The notes under the pieces were generated by a model. It did not search any database. It saw only the letters and a list, made by a program, of their open reading frames with translations, and was not told the DNA's origin. 64,000 nt of DNA from an uncultured Verrucomicrobiae bacterium (GTDB taxonomy: Bacteria; Verrucomicrobiota; Verrucomicrobiia; Chthoniobacterales; JAFAMB01), in assembly GCA_963837955.1 (NCBI GenBank), contig CAWIPH010000002.1, forward strand, positions 1,920,001-1,984,000, read 5' to 3'. Made by a program: the position numbers and the translations under genes. Every line of letters begins with the position of its first letter. Positions within the stretch are counted from its first letter, which is position 1. Below are positions 1-9,261 of the stretch, piece by piece.

Positions 1-2
1 TT

Positions 3-683
3 GCCACGGCCGGCTCCAATCCGCAACGCGGCGTTTGGGACAATCATATAGAGATTTACTCACCCGCTTACTTATTCGACGCGAACGGCAATCCAGCCAC
101 GCGGCCGGTCATTACCGGCGCGCCTTCGCGAATCGGTTACAATTCCGTCCCTTTCAAAGTCCAAACCCCAGACGCGCTCAACATCCGGTCGGTGGTCCTG
201 ATCAAGCCAGGCTCAGATACACACGCCTATGACATGGAGCAGCGACTGGTCGGTTTGACGTTCACGGCGACCTCTGGCGAGCTCACGGTAAATGCACCGC
301 CGAATTCGAACCTTGCTCCGCCCGGCTATTACATGCTGTTCGTACTGAACCAGGCGGGCGTGCCGTCGGTCGCAACGTTTGTCCAAGTGTCACCGCACCC
401 GACGGATCAGCCCCCCAAGGGGACGATTACCGCGCCTACGGGTGACGTAACCATTAAGGCGGGCCAGGCGGTCAACTTTGCGGGGACGGGCACTTCCGCC
501 GATGGTTCTGTGACGTACTCATGGTACTTTCCGGAAGGGACTCCAGACTCAAGCGGGGCGCCCAGTCCTGGGGCGATTGTGTTCCCGAATGCGGGAACGT
601 ACGTCGTGTCGCTGACTACCGTCGATAACAAAGGGGTTAATGATCCGAGTCCGCCAACCCTGAGGATCACGGTGCAACCATGA
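3..683 (+). CDS. 5'-truncated galactose oxidase/glyoxal oxidase-like protein (C-terminal DUF1929-type Ig domain) followed by a PKD domain
   Basis: The frame is open from the window edge (ATAGSNPQRGVWDNHIEIYSPAYLF...RPVI...SDTHAYDMEQRLV...APPGYYMLFVLNQAGVPS), typical of the copper radical oxidase C-terminus. It ends in a PKD-like domain (VNFAGTG...YSWYFPEG...GTYVVSLTTVD). Confidence 0.8.
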   Translation, partial: ATAGSNPQRGVWDNHIEIYSPAYLFDANGNPATRPVITGAPSRIGYNSVPFKVQTPDALNIRSVVLIKPGSDTHAYDMEQRLVGLTFTATSGELTVNAPPNSNLAPPGYYMLFVLNQAGVPSVATFVQVSPHPTDQPPKGTITAPTGDVTIKAGQAVNFAGTGTSADGSVTYSWYFPEGTPDSSGAPSPGAIVFPNAGTYVVSLTTVDNKGVNDPSPPTLRITVQP

Positions 684-1116
684 CGATCACGGCTTCCAGA
701 TCGAGCCGTTCGCGTTATCATTCTGAGTTCACAGAATAGGCGCCGTTCAGGCCGGTCTCAGAATCTTCAATACAGAATCAGATCTTGTGTTGAAGGCTTA
801 GATGCGAACCTGGTAGTTCTCTTTTAAATGTGTCTAGTTAGGGGGACGGCAGCGCCTCTTTTACCATTTCGGCAAGGTGGGCCTCGCGGTCTACAGTGCG
901 GCGACACCTCCGTTTCCTGAACCCTCCGCAAACGTGACTGGGACCGAGACAACCCGGCATCGTGGCTATGACCTCAATGCGAAAAACTCACCCCGGGGAA
1001 CTGCTCTCGGTCGGCGGAAGCAAAGATATTCCTTCCAACCAGAGGCTGCGCCGTGCTAAAAGCTTCCGCACTCCAGCAAAAAACGCTGAATTAATTAACT
1101 ATAAGAGATATTGTCA

Positions 1117-2730
1117 ATGTATTCTAAAACAGCACACCATCGTGTTTTTCTGCTAGCCCTGGCACTAGCAATTCCCCTTGTTGCCTCAAGCCGGGCCCAA
1201 GATAGTAGCACAGCCGACAGCAGCCAAAATCCCGCCGTTGCTGCGGATGTTCTGCAGGAACCCGACGTTCAAGACCTTGGTCGACGTTCGCCTGGAGCGA
1301 TGATCGATATCCTGGTGACTGTTCGCTTCAATCATGAAGATGCACTCGAGCAATTGCTTTCGGAACAGAGCGACCCCAGTTCCGCCAACTACCACAAGTA
1401 CCTAACGCCAGCAGAGTTTGCCCAAAGGTTTGGACCTACAGCCGAGCAGCTCAGCCAAGTCGTTACCGAGCTCCAGAGAGCCGGATTTCAAATAACCGAC
1501 ACCTCTACTAACCGGCTGATAATCCATGCCAGCGCACCGACGATCACCGTAGAGAACTATTTCAAGACCGAGATTCACACGGTGAACCAGGAGTCATCTG
1601 AGCGCTACATGAACGTAACGCCGGCAATGTTTCCTGACCGGCTGGTGTCATTGGTAAAAGCCGTACGACTTGATAACCTGACCGTAGCGCACAAACTCAG
1701 CGCCGAAAATATCGTTCCGAACTCAATCAGTGGTCCGATCACTGGGCCAGACGGCGGATATACTCCCGTAGCGCTGGCTGATAGTTTCGATTTTCCGGTG
1801 CAGCATGGCTATGATGGGACCGGTCATACTGCCGCTGTCATCATCGATTCCGACGTTGCGGACACTGATTTAAATACCTTCTTTTCCTATTTCAGTATCA
1901 GTCGGACAGGTACAATAACCCGCAAGTCGGTAGACGGAGCAACGATCGGCAAGAAGACCGCTGACGTCGACGAAACCGCGCTGGATGTTGAGACAATTGC
2001 CAGTCTGGCACCAGGGGCCAATGTCATTATTTATCTGATCCCGCGATTGAGTTCCGTAGCTATCGACGATGCAGCCAACAAAATCGTATCCGACAACACG
2101 GCTGAAGTCGTAAACATGAGCTTTGGCGGTAACGAATTTAAGGATGCGACTTTTGAATCAGCTCTTCAGCAGGGTAATGCGCAAGGGATCACTTTCGTCG
2201 CTTCCAGTGGCGATAGCGGATCGAATGGTGGAATCGTCAGTACGCCTGCGGCCGAACCACGTGTCTTAGCCCTAGGCGGAACCAAACTCACTGCTAATAA
2301 AGCCACCGGCGCTTATGTAGCAGAGAAGGCTTGGCATGGTTCGGGGGGCGGTGTGTCAAAGATCTTCACCATCCCTACCTACCAGCAAGGAACCTCCGGA
2401 TTGGCATCGACAACCCATCGGAACGTGCCGGATGTCGCATTCCCTTCCTATTATACGGATACGTTTGTCAGCGGCGGTTGGGTCGGGCTTCAAGGTACTT
2501 CCTGGAGTTCACCCACCTATGTGGGGTTACAGCTGGAGATTAACCAGATCAAGAGTCAGCGTTTTGGGCTGGTCAATACAAACCTCTATCAGGTATTCAG
2601 CGCATCCGGGTACACCAATTTCCACGACATTACCGCTGGCAATAACGGTAAATACAGAGCGAAGTCAGGATACGATAACGTCACGGGCATAGGCTCGCCA
2701 AAAGGCTTCACGCTCGGAGGCAATCTCTAA
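1117..2730 (+). CDS. Secreted S53 family serine peptidase (sedolisin/kumamolisin-like) with pro-domain
   Basis: Signal peptide; pro-domain motif DPSSANYHKYLTPAEFAQRFGP; catalytic ETALD (Glu/Asp), SSGDSG and GTSWSSP (Ser); Ca-site GYDNVTGIGSP. ATG at 1117 preferred over TTG at 1111. Confidence 0.92.
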   Translation: MYSKTAHHRVFLLALALAIPLVASSRAQDSSTADSSQNPAVAADVLQEPDVQDLGRRSPGAMIDILVTVRFNHEDALEQLLSEQSDPSSANYHKYLTPAEFAQRFGPTAEQLSQVVTELQRAGFQITDTSTNRLIIHASAPTITVENYFKTEIHTVNQESSERYMNVTPAMFPDRLVSLVKAVRLDNLTVAHKLSAENIVPNSISGPITGPDGGYTPVALADSFDFPVQHGYDGTGHTAAVIIDSDVADTDLNTFFSYFSISRTGTITRKSVDGATIGKKTADVDETALDVETIASLAPGANVIIYLIPRLSSVAIDDAANKIVSDNTAEVVNMSFGGNEFKDATFESALQQGNAQGITFVASSGDSGSNGGIVSTPAAEPRVLALGGTKLTANKATGAYVAEKAWHGSGGGVSKIFTIPTYQQGTSGLASTTHRNVPDVAFPSYYTDTFVSGGWVGLQGTSWSSPTYVGLQLEINQIKSQRFGLVNTNLYQVFSASGYTNFHDITAGNNGKYRAKSGYDNVTGIGSPKGFTLGGNL

Positions 2731-2768
2731 TCCGAAAAGGGAAGGGGATTCGCAGGTCGCCGCGCTTT

Positions 2769-2798
2769 GTGGGAAGCTGCTCGCAGCTTCCCACTTTT
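2769..2798 (+). terminator. Probable intrinsic terminator after the S53 peptidase
   Basis: GTGGGAAGCTGC-TC-GCAGCTTCCCAC hairpin followed by TTTT. Confidence 0.6.
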
Positions 2799-2938
2799 GG
2801 GGGAGAGGCGGGGGCGAAGAGCGAGGGCAAGTATTTAGGATCCAGGAGTTAGGATTTAGTATTTAGGATCTAAGAACATTTCGATCTCGGTCCGCCGAAG
2901 GTTGGTATTTAGGATCTAGGAGAAGATTTCGATCCCGG

Positions 2939-3306
2939 TACGCCGAAGGCGTTAGAGGACTCAGCCCGGGGTGGAGGCTTTGCACAACCCCGGGTAACCC
3001 CAAAAATGCGTCCCGCTCTGAAAGAGCGCGAGAAATCTGAGGAGCTTGGTTACGGCCGCGACAATCTATTTGAGCCGACGCTGAGTAAGGGGATCTAGAA
3101 GGGGCGTTCATGTCGTCGATGGAGTCGGTAATGAGTGCCGTTCTGCCCGATGGTCTTGCGCTCTTTCAGAGCGGACGCGAATTTTTGGGTTACCCGGGGT
3201 TGCGCAAAGCCTCCACCCCGGGCTGAGTCCTCTAACGCCTTCCGACTTCGCCACCGATTAGCCGTAGTTCGAACGTCGGGAAGGCTTCGTCGGACACGTC
3301 GGCGTA
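2939..3306. repeat. Long palindromic REPIN/MITE-like element, family A, copy 1 (right arm interrupted by a 58-nt mini-element)
   Basis: ~90-nt inverted arms (TACGCCGAAGGCGTTAGAGGACTCAGCCCGGGGTGGAGGCTTTGC...CGCTCTGAAAGAGCG) around a ~130-nt spacer conserved in the copies at 20887 and 55998. Confidence 0.9.
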
Positions 3307-3507
3307 CCGAGATCGAAGCCTTCTCCCACATCCTAAGTACTAACTCCCTAAATAGTTAATTCCGAGCTTCTAGATTCGAACTTCCAGATTCGGATCTACA
3401 TTTCCAGTCGTACACCGTCTCGACCTCATAGCCGCTTCCTTGCGAGCCTTGCGGATAAAATGGCTTACTTCTGGTCCTTGCTCCTTGCTCCCGGGATCCC
3501 TTCCCCC

Positions 3508-5046
3508 TCAGTACGCTTTCCCAAACACCACTCGTCCCTTACTGGGCTTGCCCGAAAACGGACACTTCCCTGGTTCGCCCCGGAGTTCCGGCGAGAATGG
3601 AATACAGCGGATCGTGACTTTGAGGTCTTCTTTGATTTGGGCTTCCACTTCGGCATCGCCGGACCAATGGGCTAACGCAAAGCCACCATGAATCTCCGGT
3701 TTCTCGGCGTTCTTTGGGGTAAAGAAGTCATAGAAGTCGGCCTTGGAATCGATCCGCACAGTGTACTGATCGCGGAACGTTCTCGCACGGGTAAACAGGT
3801 TGCTCTGAATCTCTTCAAGTGTCGCGGCCAAGGTTTGCACAACTTGGGTTGCCGGCAGAAAGGCTTTTTCTTTCGCGGGCCGATCGCGTCGCGCAACTGC
3901 AACCGTACCTTTTTCCAGATCGCGAGGTCCAAGCTCGATGCGGATTGGGATACCGCGTTTGATCCACTCCCAATTCTTGACGCCACCCCCGAGATCGCGC
4001 CGATCCACTTCAACGACGAGCGGTTCACCGGCGTAGTGTTGTTGCCGAAGTTCCGCAGCGAGTTTGTCGGCAGCTTCCCAAACGGTTGCTCGATGTTCCG
4101 GCTTAGGCACCACGGGAAGAATCACGACGTGGCTTGGCGCGATACGCGGCGGTAGAATGGCGCCATCGTCGTCGGCATGAGTCATGATGATCTCTCCGAC
4201 CAAACGCGTACTGACACCCCAGCTGGTGGTCCAACCAAATTCCTGGGTGCCGTTCCGAGAGAGAAAACGAATGTTGGAAGCTTTGGCAAAATTCTGCCCA
4301 AGGAAATGAGAGGTGCCCGATTGGACGGCCTTGCGGTCTTGCATCATGGCCTCAATGCAAAGAGTGTTGACAGCACCAGGGAAACGTTCGCTCTCGGTTT
4401 TTTCACCTTCGTAGATCGGAATAGCCAAGTATTCCTCGGCGAATTGCCGATAAATATTGAGCATTTGCAGCGTCTCAGCTTCCGCTTCTTCCTTGCTCTC
4501 GTGGACAGTGTGCCCTTCCTGCCAAAGAAATTCTGTGGTCCGCAAGAAGACGCGCGGACGCATTTCCCAACGGACCACGTTAGCCCATTGGTTAATCAAC
4601 AGGGGCAGGTCACGATACGATTGAACCCACTTGGCAAAGGTTGCGCCGATGATGGTTTCCGAAGTTGGGCGGATGACCAATGGCTCAGTCAGTTCAGCCG
4701 AAGGCGCCGGCCGCATCTTGCCGTCGGGTCCGACCTCCAAGCGGTGATGCGTAACGACCGCGCATTCCTTGGCGAAGCCTTCCACATGCTCAGCCTCTTT
4801 TTCCATGTAACTGAGCGGGATGAACAGCGGGAAATAGGCGTTACGATGTCCGGTCGCTTTGAACATCACGTTGAGTTGTTTCTGGATGTTTTCCCAAATG
4901 CCGAAGCCCCATGGCTTGATCACCATGCAGCCGCGCACTTCGGAGTTCTCGGCCAGATCCGCTGCACGAACGACCTGTTGATACCACTCGGGAAAATCTT
5001 CGACTCGCGTAGGCGAGATGGCTGATTTGATGGCGGCGTCACTCAT
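3508..5046 (-). CDS. proS: Proline--tRNA ligase (archaeal/eukaryote-type)
   Basis: DFPEWYQQVV, RPTSET, SYRDLPLLINQWANVVRWE, FLRTTEFLWQEGHT, WTTSWGVSTR, C-terminal FGKAY. Confidence 0.97.
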   Translation of the reverse strand: MSDAAIKSAISPTRVEDFPEWYQQVVRAADLAENSEVRGCMVIKPWGFGIWENIQKQLNVMFKATGHRNAYFPLFIPLSYMEKEAEHVEGFAKECAVVTHHRLEVGPDGKMRPAPSAELTEPLVIRPTSETIIGATFAKWVQSYRDLPLLINQWANVVRWEMRPRVFLRTTEFLWQEGHTVHESKEEAEAETLQMLNIYRQFAEEYLAIPIYEGEKTESERFPGAVNTLCIEAMMQDRKAVQSGTSHFLGQNFAKASNIRFLSRNGTQEFGWTTSWGVSTRLVGEIIMTHADDDGAILPPRIAPSHVVILPVVPKPEHRATVWEAADKLAAELRQQHYAGEPLVVEVDRRDLGGGVKNWEWIKRGIPIRIELGPRDLEKGTVAVARRDRPAKEKAFLPATQVVQTLAATLEEIQSNLFTRARTFRDQYTVRIDSKADFYDFFTPKNAEKPEIHGGFALAHWSGDAEVEAQIKEDLKVTIRCIPFSPELRGEPGKCPFSGKPSKGRVVFGKAY

Positions 5047-6158
5047 TGGCGAAAAGAAAGCAGAAAAGTGCGGAAGAATTGAACACCGCGTTCCAGTTCG
5101 GCGACCTCAATGAATTCATCGGCGGTGTGAGCTTGCTTAATCGAACCGGGTCCTAGGGCAACCGCAGGTATTCCGTGATCCGCAAAATGCGCCGCATCGC
5201 AAAACCAGGAGGCGCCGGCTAGTGGTGCACCATGCGAGACGAGTTTTTGAATAAGGGGATGATTTGGATCGGTATGCATTGGATTCGAGATTTTGAGCGG
5301 TCGGACGGTGATGGCCGGGTGTCGGTCACGCAGAAAATTTTGCACGGCGCTTACCATCTTCTCCTGCCCGGGAACAGTGCGGATGTCGACCTCCGAAACG
5401 CAGTAGTCAGGCACCACGTTGATCTTTGTTCCGGCCCGGATGGTTCCCAGGCTGATCGTGGGCGGACCCAGCAGCGAGTTTTCGGGGGCAGCGCAGAGCA
5501 GTGGAAATGCAGCCTTCAGATCGGCATAGGCTTTCGTCAGCAACTCGATAGCGTTGATGCCCTCAGCCGGAGTCGAAGCGTGAACCGATTTGCCGCGGGC
5601 TGCCAGCTCCATCCAAGCGGTACCTTTGTTTGAGTAAACAACCGTCAGATCGGTGGGTTCGCCGACAATAACCAGGTCCGCCTTCGTGTTCTTCGCGCAA
5701 ACCCTAGCCCCGATCTGGTCTGCTTCCTCGTCCGCCAATCCGGCAAAACCGACAGTGACGTTCAACTGCGACAAATCAGTGGTGGCGATCGCCCAGAGCA
5801 TTGCCGCCATCGGTCCCTTGGTATCGCTGGCGCCACGACCGTAGATCCGGCCATCGCGTAGCTCTGCGGCAAAGGGATCTATCGTCATGCCACGCGCTGG
5901 GACCGTATCGAGATGGGGCGCAAATAAGATCCGATGCGCGGAATTGGCGGGCTCGGGAAACCACCCGTAAACATTCGGACGTCCGGGTGCGATCGATTCA
6001 AATTGCACTGTCGCGCCGCGATCAGTCAGAAAATCGGCAACGAACTGAGCCATGGCAGCTTCGGCCTGGCTTTCTGGAGCGCCGGAAGGGTTCTCGCTCG
6101 GGATCCTTACCAGCGCCTGGCAAAGTTGCTCTACGGTTTCGATTTGATTGGGATTCAT
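5043..6158 (-). CDS. M20 family metallopeptidase (ArgE/DapE-like deacylase)
   Basis: HLDTVP, GRGASDTKG, DEE, GEPT, GTKINVVP, AHTADE. Confidence 0.9.
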   Translation of the reverse strand: MNPNQIETVEQLCQALVRIPSENPSGAPESQAEAAMAQFVADFLTDRGATVQFESIAPGRPNVYGWFPEPANSAHRILFAPHLDTVPARGMTIDPFAAELRDGRIYGRGASDTKGPMAAMLWAIATTDLSQLNVTVGFAGLADEEADQIGARVCAKNTKADLVIVGEPTDLTVVYSNKGTAWMELAARGKSVHASTPAEGINAIELLTKAYADLKAAFPLLCAAPENSLLGPPTISLGTIRAGTKINVVPDYCVSEVDIRTVPGQEKMVSAVQNFLRDRHPAITVRPLKISNPMHTDPNHPLIQKLVSHGAPLAGASWFCDAAHFADHGIPAVALGPGSIKQAHTADEFIEVAELERGVQFFRTFLLSFRQ

Positions 6159-7108
6159 CGAGTGGCGTGTTTTTGCCGATACCAGTCCACAAACTTTGGA
6201 ATTCCTTTTTTAATCAGGGTGGTGGGTCGGTAGTTCAGCAATTTTCTTGCCTTAGTGATGTCGGCGTAGGTCCGCGGCATATCCCCTGGGACCGGCGGGC
6301 GGAAATCGATTGTCGCTGTCCGCCCAAGTGCTTTTTCTATTTCGCGGATCATTGCCAGTAGATCGATATTGTCACTCTCTCCCAGATTAAAGATCTCGAA
6401 TGGAGCGCCCCGGAAGTCGATCGCGCCGAGCACCCCTTGAATCGTATCGTCCACGTAGGTAAAATCGCGGGCGGCTGAGCCGTCACCATAGACCTCGATT
6501 GGTTTCCCGTTCGCGATCAGGTGCGTGAACCGATGAATCGACAGGTCTGGTCTTTGGCGAGGGCCATAGACCGTGAAGAACCGCAGGCAAACGACTTGAA
6601 GCCCGTACAGATAGGAATAGGTGGAGCAGAGGTGCTCGCCGGCCAACTTCGTGCTGGCATAGGGACTGAGCGTTTGCAAGAGCGGCTGATCTTCGCGAAA
6701 CGGCAATTCCCGAGTTGCTCCGTAAACGGAAGAACTGGAAGCAAAGATAAACCGCGGCACAGCATTTTGTCGGGCAGCCTCGAGAAGGTTAAAGGTGCCG
6801 AAAATATTGGTTCGCAAGTAGAGCTCCGGGAATTGAACCGAAGGACGGACGCCGGCGCGAGCAGCGAGATGGACGATAGCGTCCGGTTTTTCCGCAGCTA
6901 AGGCCTTTACAACAGCCGCCTGATCGCACAGATCGATCTCGTGGATCTGAACGGAGTGGGGGAAGGCGCTCACGTTGGAGCGCTTGATGGCCGGATCGTA
7001 GAAATCATTGAAGTTATCGATTACCGACACCGTGTCGCCTCGAGCGACAAGAGCTTCAACGAGATGGGAGCCGATAAAGCCGGCACCCCCGGTGACCAAT
7101 AGCTTCAT
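6155..7108 (-). CDS. NAD-dependent epimerase/dehydratase (UDP-glucuronate 4-epimerase-like)
   Basis: Start at MKLLVTGGAGFIGSH; HLAARAGVRPS, ASSSSVYG, YASTK, RFFTVYGPRQRPD. Confidence 0.92.
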   Translation of the reverse strand: MKLLVTGGAGFIGSHLVEALVARGDTVSVIDNFNDFYDPAIKRSNVSAFPHSVQIHEIDLCDQAAVVKALAAEKPDAIVHLAARAGVRPSVQFPELYLRTNIFGTFNLLEAARQNAVPRFIFASSSSVYGATRELPFREDQPLLQTLSPYASTKLAGEHLCSTYSYLYGLQVVCLRFFTVYGPRQRPDLSIHRFTHLIANGKPIEVYGDGSAARDFTYVDDTIQGVLGAIDFRGAPFEIFNLGESDNIDLLAMIREIEKALGRTATIDFRPPVPGDMPRTYADITKARKLLNYRPTTLIKKGIPKFVDWYRQKHATR

Positions 7109-7119
7109 AATAGAGGATA

Positions 7120-7322
7120 CAGGAGTCGGGAGTCGGGAGGCGGCGACTGTCTCGAAGTCGCCATAAATCCGGAATCTAGAAGCCTGTCGGCGAACCGTGA
7201 ACGGCGAACGGCAAACGGTCAAACGGAAACGCGGTCGAGGGTCCAGGAAACGGCAGGGTTTGCGAAGTCGGGAGCCGGTCCACCTGCAACGCGCAACCTG
7301 CAACCTGTAACTTGTAACCTCA
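7120..7322. repeat. Degenerate 7-nt tandem repeat arrays
   Basis: GGAGTCG repeats, (G)CGAACG/GTGAACG/GCAAACG repeats and CTGCAAC/CTGTAAC/TTGTAAC repeats. Confidence 0.7.
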
Positions 7323-7377
7323 AACCTTTAACCCCCTTGACAACCGACTCGGTCGCGCCGGTAATTGGAGATAGCCC

Positions 7378-7614
7378 ATGCCGGAAGAGAAAAAGAAATT
7401 GGCACGAATTCCGCTGCCACCTAGACAGGCGGCGGAGGAGACTCAGGAGTACACGGATGTATCGCTGTTAGCGGCGGGCGCCAATACCAGCGAGCGATTG
7501 ATGGCCAAGGTACCTCCCTCGAGGAGGGATCCCTGGGTCGTCCCGCTCGCTTCCTTGGTACTCGCTTTTTCCGCGATATCGCTTATCGTAGAATGTCTGG
7601 TAGCTTTTAGTTGA
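7378..7614 (+). CDS. Small hypothetical protein with a C-terminal transmembrane helix
   Basis: GGAG RBS upstream, hydrophobic C-terminus, directly upstream of trxA. Confidence 0.55.
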   Translation: MPEEKKKLARIPLPPRQAAEETQEYTDVSLLAAGANTSERLMAKVPPSRRDPWVVPLASLVLAFSAISLIVECLVAFS

Positions 7615-7654
7615 GGACCGAATGGTCATTAACCTCCTAAATTCTAATCATATT

Positions 7655-7984
7655 ATGTCTACTGCTTCGGTTATACATTTAAACGAATCCAATTTTGATC
7701 AGGCAATCAGCGAATCTCCGGTACCCATTTTAGTCGATTTTTGGGCGTCCTGGTGTGGGCCTTGCCGAATGATCGCTCCAGTATTGGATGAGATCGCGAA
7801 AGAAGAGGGCGAAAAAGTGAAAATCGCGAAGGTGGATGTGGACAACAGTCCAACTCTTTCCAGCCGATTCGGGATTCGGAACATCCCGACTCTCCTTTTC
7901 TTCAAAGGGGGCGAAGTGAAAGATCAAGTGGTCGGGCTGACTAGCAAGGCCGATTTGGTTTCCCGTCTAAAAACCCTTAAATAA
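7655..7984 (+). CDS. trxA: Thioredoxin
   Basis: LVDFWASWCGPCRMIAP, IRNIPTLLFFKGG; the start at MSTAS is inferred. Confidence 0.95.
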   Translation: MSTASVIHLNESNFDQAISESPVPILVDFWASWCGPCRMIAPVLDEIAKEEGEKVKIAKVDVDNSPTLSSRFGIRNIPTLLFFKGGEVKDQVVGLTSKADLVSRLKTLK

Positions 7985-8042
7985 TCGCGTCGCAACTTCT
8001 GGTGGTGGCGTCGCGTCTTAATCCCCTGAAAGAATTGAAATA

Positions 8043-8354
8043 ATGAATATGCTCGCGTTTGGAGCGCCGGGACCGTCGGAATGGGTATTGATTCTGGTTA
8101 TTGTGTTGGTGCTGTTTGGCGCCAAAAAACTTCCCGAACTGGCGCGGAGCTTGGGGCAAAGCATGAACGAATTTCGCAAGGCGCGGGAAGATTTCGATAA
8201 GGAATTGCATGCGGCTGGAAACGAAGTAAAGGGAGCGGCGCAGCCACCCTATCAACAGCCTCAGAACCAGCAGCCGTATCAGCCTCCCCAAAATCCGCCG
8301 CAGCCAAATCCGCCGGCGGTGCAGAATCCGCCTCAACAGCCTCCTCAGGCCTGA
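8043..8354 (+). CDS. tatA: Twin-arginine translocase TatA/E subunit with a Q/P-rich tail
   Basis: EWVLILVIVLVLFGAKKLPELARSLGQSMNEFRKA. Confidence 0.93.
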   Translation: MNMLAFGAPGPSEWVLILVIVLVLFGAKKLPELARSLGQSMNEFRKAREDFDKELHAAGNEVKGAAQPPYQQPQNQQPYQPPQNPPQPNPPAVQNPPQQPPQA

Positions 8355-8471
8355 TTTTTCACCCGAAGGGGCGTCAGGACTCCGCGGAATGCGTTCAAAG
8401 GCCTTGCGCCCCGAAATCGGCGCAGGTTCGATAGGCTAACGAATCCTCGGCGCGGGATTCTTGCGAATCCC

Positions 8472-8610
8472 CCCGAAGGGGAGCAGGACTCAGCCTGGGG
8501 TTTTAACCCCAGGAGGCGTTGTTTAATTCGATATGCCCTGCAAGGGCACTAACTTCAACGCTGGCGCAACACCTGAATCAGGTCCGATCGCCCGTTCATA
8601 CGGCCCACGA
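8472..8610. repeat. Decayed REP-like element related to family A
   Basis: CCCGAAGGGGAGCAGGACTCAGCCTGGGGTTTTAACCCCAGG...GCCCTGCAAGGGC; a similar start occurs at 8362. Confidence 0.55.
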
Positions 8611-8616
8611 ATCCGG

Positions 8617-9036
8617 TTATTTTCCCGCCTGCGCCTTCGCCAGATGCGCCGGTAACCGATCGGCATATTGGGCGACGCCGTTACCAAAGGACCAATTTTC
8701 CATGGCAGCTTCGACGAGGCTGATGAAGACGTCTTCCTTGCGGACTCCCTGCTCGGCCGCTAGTGACCCGGCGATGCTGCTAAAGAGCGCCTTCTTCTGC
8801 TCCACCGTGCGGCCAGGGGCTAGTGTAATCTGAATGATGACGATCCCATCGGTACGCTTGATATCGAGATAGTTGGGGTTGTACACCAAGTCCGCGCCAT
8901 GCTCTGTGATAATCTGAAAGCGGTCACCCTCTGGTATCCCAATTGCCTTCACCATTGCGCGATGTACGCAGTCAGCGATCCCATGACGGATCGCCTGCGA
9001 GCGGCTATGTTTCAGTGAAATCCGAACGAACGGCAT
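8617..9036 (-). CDS. Tautomerase family protein (4-oxalocrotonate tautomerase/MSAD-like)
   Basis: N-terminal Pro (MPFVRISL), GRTVEQKKALF, ENWSFGNGVAQY. Confidence 0.88.
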   Translation of the reverse strand: MPFVRISLKHSRSQAIRHGIADCVHRAMVKAIGIPEGDRFQIITEHGADLVYNPNYLDIKRTDGIVIIQITLAPGRTVEQKKALFSSIAGSLAAEQGVRKEDVFISLVEAAMENWSFGNGVAQYADRLPAHLAKAQAGK

Positions 9037-9261
9037 AGGGTTTCTTCTCTTTTCAGGTTGGCTTTTTCCAGGCGGCCCGTTTGGCATCCCGGATGCAGAA
9101 CAATAAGGACCTTGTTTTTCGCCATTACAAGTCGCCCTACCGTGGGCGACTAATGGAAACACTTTTAGAATGGCCAGGATCAATTTGTTTCTACAAGAAA
9201 TATAACATAAATAAAAGAAGTTGCTATATTCATTATTTCCTGCTTTAGTTCTGACGTTCTT

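Noticed and set aside
2863..3359. ORFs over family-A repeats (also 55746-56408 and 20653-20904)
   Set aside because: They are translations of palindromic repeats, and the same peptide strings recur at each copy.
4177..5025. Long antisense ORFs (also 39163-39930, 22678-23289, 60122-60803)
   Set aside because: They are shadow ORFs opposite conserved genes in GC-rich DNA and contain no motifs.
3508..5046. Archaeal/eukaryote-type ProRS as a horizontal-transfer novelty
   Set aside because: This type is well known in many bacterial phyla.
7109..7303. 65-aa N-terminal extension of the epimerase
   Set aside because: It is read-through of heptamer arrays; the Rossmann motif begins right after the ATG at 7108.
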